DNA of 64,000 nucleotides, taken from positions 653,137-717,136 of the forward strand of contig CBDBHB010000007.1 of assembly GCA_965205505.1 (NCBI GenBank), given 5' to 3'. The first letter of the stretch is position 1, and every line of letters begins with the position of its first letter. The position numbers and the translations under genes were made by a program. This document shows, piece after piece, positions 10,592 through 18,544 of the stretch. The notes below the pieces were generated by a model. That model saw only the letters and a program-made list of their open reading frames with translations, ran no database searches and was not told where the DNA came from. Origin of the DNA: Acidobacteriota bacterium (GTDB lineage: Bacteria; Acidobacteriota; UBA890; WLXD01).

Positions 10592-10731
10592 GGATTCTCT
10601 CCGGTGTGCGTGTACATGGGAATGACCTCAGGACACTCCTCTCCACCCTGTACTCGCGAGACCGGAGATCCGTTGACACTGGACTCGACGGCCTCCGAAT
10701 ATGCGCGGCCGCTAGCAGGCCGATCTCGGCC

Positions 10732-11337
10732 TCAGGTCGAAGCTCCGTCTCCCAACAGCGCCGTTCGAAACCGGTCCTTCATCCACACGCCATCGCGCGG
10801 CGGCAGGACTAGGGGTAGCTCTTCCGCCCGCATCTTGATGGCATAGAAGACCGGCCCAACCGCACCGCGCAGATCGCTTTGTGCCCGCTTCAGCCCTTCG
10901 GCATCGTGCGCCGTGCCGGTCACCGGTATGCCGGCAGCCGCGGCAATCGCGGCGAGGTCAGTCTTGCCCGCAGTGTGGGTAGGCTGCATACCCGTCTCAC
11001 CATAGCGCTCGTTGTCGAGCACGGCGATCGCCAGATTGCCGGGCGCCAAGGCGGCGACGGTAGCTAGCGACCCCATGCCCATCAGCATCTCGCCATCGCG
11101 GGTCAGCACCAGCACACGCCGCTCGGGCCGGGCGATAGCAAGGCCAAGACCCATCGATGACGCGCCGCCCATCGCCCCCCACAACGGGAAGGTCAATGGC
11201 GAATCCCCGGCCGCGGTGGCATCCCACGCCGGGGCGCCCAAACCGGCAATGACCAGGAGATCGCCGCGGTCGAACAGCAGGCTCGAAACCACCTCGCGGC
11301 GGCGCAGCGGGTAGGTCGAGGCACGCGCGGCATCCAC
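10732..11337 (-). CDS. TPP-binding decarboxylase beta subunit (ComE / phosphonopyruvate decarboxylase-like)
   Basis: WGAMGGASSMGLG; TPP motif reads RDGEMLMG...LDNERYGETG (RDG rather than GDG). Confidence 0.8.
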   Translation of the reverse strand: MDAARASTYPLRRREVVSSLLFDRGDLLVIAGLGAPAWDATAAGDSPLTFPLWGAMGGASSMGLGLAIARPERRVLVLTRDGEMLMGMGSLATVAALAPGNLAIAVLDNERYGETGMQPTHTAGKTDLAAIAAAAGIPVTGTAHDAEGLKRAQSDLRGAVGPVFYAIKMRAEELPLVLPPRDGVWMKDRFRTALLGDGAST

Positions 11338-11343
11338 GGCCTG

Positions 11344-11862
11344 CTACCCCTCGAATGCCTTGGCGCCGATCAGGCGCTGCGACAGCAGGACGGCAGCACC
11401 GCCAGCTCCGTTGAATGCCATGTCGCCGGCGGCCTTCACGGTAGCTCCCACCTCCCCGGCCCGGTCGGCATCCATCACCGCCACGCCCATCAAACGTAGC
11501 GATTCTGTGGCCGCCTGGCCCATCGCAATCTGCCACGGATTAGTCTCGCCCCACTGGCCGCGCATGGCAAGAATGATCAATGCGGGGAAGCGGCAACTCT
11601 TCACCAGCGTCAACATGTTGATGCAGTTGCCGATACCGCTGCTCTGCATCAACAGCGCACCGCGCTGACCGCCCAGCCAGGCGCCGGCGAGCAGCGCAAC
11701 ACCCTCCTCCTCCGTGGTCAACGGCACCGTAACGATGCGGCTGTCGTCCCGGCACATTTCGATCAATCGTGTGTGCCCGGCATCGGGGACGAAAGCGACC
11801 TGCCGGACATCGAGATCCAGCAACGCTTGGAAAATATCGCGCGGCCAATCGACCCCGGTCAT
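11344..11862 (-). CDS. TPP-dependent decarboxylase alpha subunit (ComD / phosphonopyruvate decarboxylase-like)
   Basis: VPDAGH, TTEEEGV, LMQSSGIGNCIN, MRGQWGETNPWQ; paired with beta subunit. Confidence 0.82.
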   Translation of the reverse strand: MTGVDWPRDIFQALLDLDVRQVAFVPDAGHTRLIEMCRDDSRIVTVPLTTEEEGVALLAGAWLGGQRGALLMQSSGIGNCINMLTLVKSCRFPALIILAMRGQWGETNPWQIAMGQAATESLRLMGVAVMDADRAGEVGATVKAAGDMAFNGAGGAAVLLSQRLIGAKAFEG

Positions 11863-11932
11863 CGCTTGTTCCCTCGGTTGCGTGCAAGGAGCGGCCTTCG
11901 ACAGTGCCGTTCACTTATCACGAAACGGAAGG

Positions 11933-12376
11933 CTAGAAAATGTCCGTATCGATGTTGAACGCCGCCCAGGCGAACCAGAACGCCGTGTGGGCGTTGGTGA
12001 TCCGCGGCAATCGGTCGCCCACCAGTTGGCCCACTAGTGATCCTTGCACAGGCTCCCCGAAGAGATTCCAGCGCGTGCCGGTGTTCACGTCCTCAAGCTG
12101 GAACGGAAACACGTCGGGGTCGACCACGTCGAAGCTCAGCGTCCGGGTGCGGAGCTTACCGTTCTTCTTCCGTACTTGTACCCGGCGATCGAACGACAAC
12201 ACCATCTCGCCATCCGCATCGAACACGACGAGCACTGGTCGACCGTTGACCTCGTCGTTCACCGCCACGCGTCTGCCTCGCGAGGCGAGCGCGTTGTACG
12301 GGTAGGCCTTGGCCTTCCCCTCGTGCTCCACGTTGCAGAATCGATGCCACATCAAGAACCTGACCCCGAGCACCAC
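11933..12376 (-). pseudogene. C-terminal fragment of a DUF3179-like protein
   Basis: AKAYP, DVNTGTRWNLFG, AFWFAWAAF; no N-terminal half and only ~30 bp separate it from the divergent gene. Confidence 0.6.
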
Positions 12377-12409
12377 GGCCTGAAGCCAAGTCGATATCGC
12401 AGGCGGCCG

Positions 12410-13249
12410 ATGAGCGCCACGATAATGATCGCTGCGGCAATCTTGCTGCTGTTGCCGCGTCTACAGAACGACACCCAGGCCGGCGGGTGGACACTGTCGC
12501 GCGGGACAACTTGGCTGCGCACCGGCTTCATGGTGCAGATTACCGACGACCGCTACTTCATCGACGGGCGCCGCATTCCCTATTTCTTCGAAGGCCACAA
12601 CCAAACTCCGGCGGCCTTTGTCGATCTCCGGCACGGCATCTCGGATCGGCTAGAAGCCGTCGTTCAGCTGCCGTTCTTCAGCATCTCGTTCGACGATCTC
12701 GCCGCCGAGCGCAACACCACTGGCATCGGCGATCTGCGTCTGGGGCTACGTTACAACCTCCTACCGGGCCCGATCGTGGCCACCGTGGGTGCGATGGTCA
12801 AGTTGCCGACCGGAGAGTTCGTCAACGACGCCGAGATCGTGCCGGTGGGCGAGGGCCAGTACGATTTCGAGATCACCGCAGAGGTGGCTCGTTCCCTCTG
12901 GCCGCGTCCCGGCTACGTGACCGCCCTGATCGGCTACCGGTGGCGAGCAGCAAACAAAGAGACTGGCATCCACCACGGCAACGAGGTGCTCTGGAGCTTC
13001 GAGGCAGGCTACGGCGTGGCCCCACACGTCACTCTCAAGGCCTTGGTCCGGGGGCTGCAAGGTCTCGAGACGACGAGCTTCGGCCTGCCGTTGCCGTCGC
13101 TCGAGCGACGCATCGTGTACCTGGAGCCCGGCGTGATGGTGGAGCTATCGCCCCGCCGCACCCTGGAGCTGTCGGTACCCATGAGCCTGAGCGGGCAGAA
13201 TTGGCCGGCCGGGCCGGTCTTCAATATCGGGGTTTTCCAGACCTTCTAG
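12410..13249 (+). CDS. Putative outer-membrane beta-barrel protein
   Basis: Signal peptide, GIGDLRLGLRY, KLPTG, GEGQYD, terminal Phe. Confidence 0.65.
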   Translation: MSATIMIAAAILLLLPRLQNDTQAGGWTLSRGTTWLRTGFMVQITDDRYFIDGRRIPYFFEGHNQTPAAFVDLRHGISDRLEAVVQLPFFSISFDDLAAERNTTGIGDLRLGLRYNLLPGPIVATVGAMVKLPTGEFVNDAEIVPVGEGQYDFEITAEVARSLWPRPGYVTALIGYRWRAANKETGIHHGNEVLWSFEAGYGVAPHVTLKALVRGLQGLETTSFGLPLPSLERRIVYLEPGVMVELSPRRTLELSVPMSLSGQNWPAGPVFNIGVFQTF

Positions 13250-14310
13250 TGCCTGCTAGCTGTGTATTCCGAGGCCGGCGTGGAAGTGACGCGGGCTAAC
13301 AGCCAGTCGGGTATGGGCAGGTCGTTCTCGCGCAGGAAGACGGGGTTGAAGAGCTTGCTCTGGTATCGCTGGCCACCGTCGCCGAGGATCGTCACGATCG
13401 TATGACCGGGGCCGAGCTTGTCGGCCAGACGCATGGCTCCGGTCACGTTGATCGCACTTGATCCGCCCAGGCACAACCCGTCGTTCTTCAACAAGTCGAA
13501 GAGCACCGGCAATGCTTCGGCATCGGTGATCCTGATCGGCACGTCGATGCGTACCTCTCCGACATTTCCGGTAATGCGACTCTGTCCTATGCCCTCGGCG
13601 ATCGAGCTGCCCTCGCTCTCGAGCTTGCCGTCGGTGAAGTACCTATACATCGCCGCGCCCATGGGATCGGCAAGCCCAATGGTCAGGTCAGGGTTCATCT
13701 CCTTGAGGTACTTGCTCACCCCACCCATCGTCCCGCCGGTTCCGATCGCGCAGATGAAGGCGTCGAGCTTACCGTCGGTCTGGTCCCAAATCTCCGGGCC
13801 CGTCGTGCTGTAGTGCGCCCCCCAGTTGGCGGGGTTGTCCCACTGGTTCGCCCAGAGCACGCCGTCGGCCTCGGTCTCGGCCTTCTCGGCCGCAACGCGC
13901 TCCGACACCCGTACGTAGTTGCCGGGCTCCTTGTAAGGCGCCGCCGGCACCTCCATGACTTCGGCGCCGCACAGCCGGAGCATGTCCTTCTTCTCCTGGC
14001 TCTGGTTGTCAGGCATGACGATGAGGGTCCGATACCCGCGGGCGTTGGCGACCAGTGCCAACCCGATGCCGGTGTTCCCAGCGGTTCCCTCGACGATCAA
14101 ACCGCCGGGCCGCAATGTACCGTCTCGCTCGGCCTGCTGGACCATCGATAGCCCGGCGCGGTCCTTGACCGAGCCGCCGGGGTTCAGGAACTCTGCCTTA
14201 CCGAGAATCTCACAGCCGGTCGCCTGCGAGGGGCCCGGCAAGCGAATCAAAGGTGTGTTGCCAACTGAGCCCACGAACCCATTGCGGACCGGGGTGTGGC
14301 TTGTGCTCAT
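13246..14310 (-). CDS. cysK: Cysteine synthase (O-acetylserine sulfhydrylase)
   Basis: VGNTPLI, KAEFLNPGGSVKDR (PLP Lys), TAGNTG, GTGGT; coupled to cysE. Confidence 0.9.
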   Translation of the reverse strand: MSTSHTPVRNGFVGSVGNTPLIRLPGPSQATGCEILGKAEFLNPGGSVKDRAGLSMVQQAERDGTLRPGGLIVEGTAGNTGIGLALVANARGYRTLIVMPDNQSQEKKDMLRLCGAEVMEVPAAPYKEPGNYVRVSERVAAEKAETEADGVLWANQWDNPANWGAHYSTTGPEIWDQTDGKLDAFICAIGTGGTMGGVSKYLKEMNPDLTIGLADPMGAAMYRYFTDGKLESEGSSIAEGIGQSRITGNVGEVRIDVPIRITDAEALPVLFDLLKNDGLCLGGSSAINVTGAMRLADKLGPGHTIVTILGDGGQRYQSKLFNPVFLRENDLPIPDWLLARVTSTPASEYTASRH

Positions 14311-14960
14311 CTCTGCTCCAGTTCGTCGAGCCGCTTGCGCAGCGTACTCACCTCGCCGGTGAGCGCATCGAGCACTCTGGCGACGGGATCGGGAACGTCT
14401 GCGCCCGGCATTCCATAGGCGCGGAAGGCTGGCTCCTGGACCCGGCTCTGCATCGCTCGGGCGGGCACGCCCGCTACAGTCACCCCTGGAGGGACCTCCT
14501 TCAGTACCACCGCGTTGGCCGCAATCCGCGCCCCCGCGCCCACCGTGAAGGGCCCCAACACCTTGGCGCCGGCGCCGACGATGACGCCGTCCTCCAGCGT
14601 CGGGTGGCGTTTCTCGGGCGCCAGCGTGACACCCCCGAGCGTAACGCCCTGATACAGGGTCACGTCATCGCCGATGATGGTGGTCTCGCCGATCACGCAT
14701 CCGACGCCGTGATCAATGAACAGGCGGCGGCCAAGCTGAGCACCGGGGTGGATCTCGATGCTGGTGAGGAAGCGGCCCAGATGCGACACCAGCCGCCCGA
14801 GGAAGCAGAGACCCTTGCGGTCGAACAGATTGGCGAGCCGGTGGATCAAGACAGCGTGGAAGCCCGGGTAGGCGAACAGCACCGTGAGACGCGAGCAGGC
14901 GGCCGGATCGCGCACCATGATGGAATCGATATCGTCTCGAATGGCACGAAACAACTTCAC
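14307..14960 (-). CDS. cysE: Serine O-acetyltransferase
   Basis: RDPA, YPGFHA, IEIHPGA, FIDHG, YQGVTLGG, KRHPT, hexapeptide repeats; GTG start at 14960. Confidence 0.93.
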   Translation of the reverse strand: MKLFRAIRDDIDSIMVRDPAACSRLTVLFAYPGFHAVLIHRLANLFDRKGLCFLGRLVSHLGRFLTSIEIHPGAQLGRRLFIDHGVGCVIGETTIIGDDVTLYQGVTLGGVTLAPEKRHPTLEDGVIVGAGAKVLGPFTVGAGARIAANAVVLKEVPPGVTVAGVPARAMQSRVQEPAFRAYGMPGADVPDPVARVLDALTGEVSTLRKRLDELEQR

Positions 14961-15128
14961 TCCGGATCTCCCAGTCGGTCGCCGATCGCCATCGAACGGG
15001 TCGGTTCGGGATCCGCCGCGGCGGCGGCTCGAGATCATTGTAGGCTGCGGCGGCGGCGCTATGTCGGCCGGTGCGCACCGCGCGCACGCGTGCGCCGCGT
15101 AGCGGCGACGTCTTGCTGATCCTTCGAC

Positions 15129-17105
15129 TCAGTCGCAGGCGCTGCAGTCGTTGTTGTTGATGCCGCCCAGGCTCTCCAGCAGCCCGACCGTGTCGGGATA
15201 AGGCTGCACTCGCTGGTGCGGGCTGTTGGCCATGTCGACCGTCGTCTGACCCTTGCGGCTCACCACCATGATGTCGGCCCCCTGAGAAACCAGATACTCG
15301 ACGAGCCCGTTGTCGCCTCGCGCTGCGGCGTTGTGCAAGGCTGAGTACCCAGCGTGATCCCGGAGGTTGACGTCGATCCCGAGCTCCTCGATGAGATACT
15401 TCGCTGCCGGAATCCAGCCGTCGGGTACGTAGCGATGCTGCTGTCCGACCCGCGAGGTTCCGTAGCCCACGCCGGTGGCAGCGTGCAGCGGGTGGACCGC
15501 CGGCCCGCCGACGAGCACCGGAGGCAGGCCCGACTTGTCCTCGTCTTCCTCTTCCTCCGCCGCTTGCTGTGCGCCCGAGCGGCCGGCGCCGTCAGACCGA
15601 CGACGGCGCTCCGCCGGCTTCTTCGTGCGAATGTTCGGATCCGCGCCCGCTGCCACGAGCATGCGCATGACGCCAACGTCCAGCGAGTACGCAGCGCGCC
15701 AGAAAGGCGTTGCGCCGGCGAAGTCCACTCCCATGCGGCCGGCGTTGTATGCGGCGTACCAGACATGTGTACTGACACGCGCATCGGGGTCGGCGCCGGC
15801 ACTCAACAACGCGCCCATCAGCTCGACGTACGAGGTCTCCTGCTGCTTGGAGGCCGTCGGCTGCGGGTACCAGGTACGCAACGCCCATTCGTTGTTGATC
15901 GTCGCGAAGAGCGGCCCTACGCCGTCCTCGCTGACCAGGTTGGGATCGGCTCCGACGCCGAGCAGCATCATAGCGAGGTCGAAATTGCCGTTGATGATGG
16001 CCACCAACAGTGGCGTCGAGACGTCGCCAACAGTCGTCTGATTGACGTCGGCTCCGGCCTCGAGCAGGCGAGAGACCACATCGCTGCGGCCGTCGCGCGT
16101 CGCGTAGTGTAGCGCCGTCATGCCACCCTGAGCGCCCACCAGGTCGGTGTATGAGGGTGGCTCCGGATCTTCCGGCTTGTCGGGTTCCTCCGGCTGCACG
16201 GTGTCAGGTTGCTCAGGGTGAGCCGGCTCCGGATCTGCGGCGGTCGTCGGCGAATCCGGATCTTCCAGCTCGGGGACCGTCGTCGGATGATCGGGCTCGT
16301 CCGGGTCGGGACCACTCGGGACTGTCGTCGGATGATCGGGCTCGTCCGGATCCTGAACGTCTGGCGCCGGCGACGCGGTATCGGGCTCGTCCGGAACGGC
16401 GGCCGCGTCGGGCTCTTCGGCTTCCTCGGCTTCTTCGGGCTCTTTGGCAGCCTCGATGAGGCGCTCCCGGCGGCGACGCTGCGCCGCGTCCACCTCCGCA
16501 CGCTCGCGGTAGTCGACGACACGGGTGGCCAGGGTGACGTCGGCGCCGGCGGCGAGCAAGGTCTCGACCGCCGTGGTTCGGCCCTTGGCGGTGGCAAAGA
16601 TGAGCGGCGTACGATCGGCACGCGTGTCCCTCGCATTGACATCGGCCCCATGCTCGAGCAGGGCTCGAATGGCCTCGGTGCTGCCCGACTGGGCGGCGAG
16701 GTGGATGGCGCCCACACCCGTCGAAGTGAGGGTCTCGGGACGGCTGCCAGCCTCGAGCAACGCCGCTACGGCCAGCGCGCGCCCTTCGCGGCTGGCCAAG
16801 TGCAGCGGCGTGTAGCTACCCAGGCGCGTCGTCGGCTCTACCACCGCACCGGCGTAAATCAGCACGCCGATAAGGTCGGTGTCGTCGTTCATCGCGGCCC
16901 AGTGCAACGCCGTCATGCCATCGCCGCGCGGCGCGTTCACGTCCGCGCCCGCGCGCAGGAGCGAGCGAACCGTATCGGCATCGCCGCGCATGGCCGCGTC
17001 GGCGACGAGCGCCTCGGCGGGTGGGCCGGCCGGTAGTGCTGCTGCCGCGGAGAGGGCCGGCAAGGCCAGAGCGCCGAGGGCGACAACGATCAGTCGGTTA
17101 CGCAT
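15129..17105 (-). CDS. Secreted ankyrin-repeat protein with acidic Pro-rich insert and C-terminal CxxC
   Basis: Multiple GxTALH/TPLH repeats; signal peptide; ends NNNDCSACD. Confidence 0.9.
   Translation of the reverse strand: MRNRLIVVALGALALPALSAAAALPAGPPAEALVADAAMRGDADTVRSLLRAGADVNAPRGDGMTALHWAAMNDDTDLIGVLIYAGAVVEPTTRLGSYTPLHLASREGRALAVAALLEAGSRPETLTSTGVGAIHLAAQSGSTEAIRALLEHGADVNARDTRADRTPLIFATAKGRTTAVETLLAAGADVTLATRVVDYRERAEVDAAQRRRRERLIEAAKEPEEAEEAEEPDAAAVPDEPDTASPAPDVQDPDEPDHPTTVPSGPDPDEPDHPTTVPELEDPDSPTTAADPEPAHPEQPDTVQPEEPDKPEDPEPPSYTDLVGAQGGMTALHYATRDGRSDVVSRLLEAGADVNQTTVGDVSTPLLVAIINGNFDLAMMLLGVGADPNLVSEDGVGPLFATINNEWALRTWYPQPTASKQQETSYVELMGALLSAGADPDARVSTHVWYAAYNAGRMGVDFAGATPFWRAAYSLDVGVMRMLVAAGADPNIRTKKPAERRRRSDGAGRSGAQQAAEEEEDEDKSGLPPVLVGGPAVHPLHAATGVGYGTSRVGQQHRYVPDGWIPAAKYLIEELGIDVNLRDHAGYSALHNAAARGDNGLVEYLVSQGADIMVVSRKGQTTVDMANSPHQRVQPYPDTVGLLESLGGINNNDCSACD
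16273..16352. repeat. 45-nt-period duplication encoding DPDEPDHPTTVP x2
   Basis: gtcgtcggatgatcgggctcgtccgg repeated, copies starting at 16273 and 16318. Confidence 0.85.
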
Positions 17106-17128
17106 CGGTCACCTCGAGCACGTGTTCT

Positions 17129-18535
17129 TCAGGAGCGCCCCGTAGCGGCCTCGGCGGCGAAGGAGAACTCGCCGGTACTGTCGCCGAAGCTCTCCAGGTC
17201 CGACAGGCCGAGCTTGTTCAACAGGGTCAGCATGACGTTCGCCATCGGCGTGCCTTCTGCGGCGGCGACGTGCACGCCACCATCCAGCTCGCCGTTGGCA
17301 CCGCCCAGAAGAATCAGCGGACATCGCCGGTGGTTGTGGAGATTGCTATCGGCCATCGGCGACCCGTACACGATCAGCGTGTTGTCGAGCAGGTTGCCGT
17401 CGCCATCGGCGGTCTCCTGCAGCTTCTGCAGGAAGTAGGGCAGCATGCCGACGTGGTACTCGTTGATCTTGGCGTAGTCCTTTATCCGGTCCTCGCGACC
17501 GCCGTGGTGCGACGCCACGTGGAATCCTTTCTCCACGCCGCTGTCTGGGTAAACCCGGCCCGAACCGTCGCGCCCCAGCTTGAGCGAGAACACCCGGGTA
17601 ATGTCCGAAGAAAAAGCCAGCACCTGCAGATCGAACATCAGCTTGACGTGCTCTTCGAACGAATTCGGCACGCCGGCCGGTGCCTCCGGTAGCTCGCGCC
17701 GCTCGCCGCTCGTGTTACGTGCCTCGATGCGCTGGATACGCTGCTCGATCTCGCGGATGCTGTCGACGTAGCGGTCGAGCCGATGCCGGTCGTCGGGGCC
17801 GATCTCACGCCGGAGCCCGGCCATCTCCTCGATCACCCAGTCGAGGATGCTGCGATCGGCCCGACGACGTGCGGATCGCTGCTCCGGAGTACCACCGGCG
17901 CCGAACATCTGCTCGAAAGCGGCGCGCGGATCGCGCACCATCGGCAACGGCTGCGACGGCGACGCCCAGGAGATCGTGTCGGTATATACGCAGGCATAGC
18001 CGTAGGCACATCCACCCGCCTGGTCGACGTTCTCGATGCAAAGCTGCATCGATGGAATGGGCGTGTCTTGTCCGAAGCGCTGCACGTACAGCTGGTCCAT
18101 TGAGGTGCCGATGTAGACATCCGACCCTTCCGTGAGCTTCGGATGAGCCTGCGTCAGGAAGACCGCGCTCGAGCGAAAGTGGTCGCCGCCGATCTCCTCG
18201 GGATTCAGGGCATCGGCCATCCTGGCATCGGTGTTGCTGACGATCGTGAGGTAGTCCTGGAACGGGGTCAGCGGCTTGAGGCTGCCAGGGCTCAGGTCGA
18301 AGCCACGACCCACCTTCGCCGGCGCCCAGAGGTTGAGCGACTCGCCGATCTCATTGCAGCCCGCCGCGCCGTGCACCTGCTCGATACAGACCAGGCGCGT
18401 GTGCCCGCCGCCGGCTGTGGTCTCGGCCAGCAGCGCGCCAGCGGGGACCATGGCGTCGAGGAGAGGCACGCTGACGCTCGCGCCCAGCCCCCGGAGAACC
18501 ATGCGACGGGATATGTGCTTCTTGGTGAGATACAT
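17129..18535 (-). CDS. DUF1552 (HXXSHH) family protein, Tat-like signal
   Basis: ISRRMVLRG, GGDH, GYACVYTDTISW, FHVASHH, HNHRRCP. Confidence 0.88.
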   Translation of the reverse strand: MYLTKKHISRRMVLRGLGASVSVPLLDAMVPAGALLAETTAGGGHTRLVCIEQVHGAAGCNEIGESLNLWAPAKVGRGFDLSPGSLKPLTPFQDYLTIVSNTDARMADALNPEEIGGDHFRSSAVFLTQAHPKLTEGSDVYIGTSMDQLYVQRFGQDTPIPSMQLCIENVDQAGGCAYGYACVYTDTISWASPSQPLPMVRDPRAAFEQMFGAGGTPEQRSARRRADRSILDWVIEEMAGLRREIGPDDRHRLDRYVDSIREIEQRIQRIEARNTSGERRELPEAPAGVPNSFEEHVKLMFDLQVLAFSSDITRVFSLKLGRDGSGRVYPDSGVEKGFHVASHHGGREDRIKDYAKINEYHVGMLPYFLQKLQETADGDGNLLDNTLIVYGSPMADSNLHNHRRCPLILLGGANGELDGGVHVAAAEGTPMANVMLTLLNKLGLSDLESFGDSTGEFSFAAEAATGRS

Positions 18536-18544
18536 CGCTGGCCT

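Noticed and set aside
12332-12362. Apparent 30-nt insertion in the DUF3179 fragment (VLGV-RFLMWHRFCN-VEHEG) as an IS footprint
   Set aside because: No clear target duplication; needs an alignment to confirm it is an insertion
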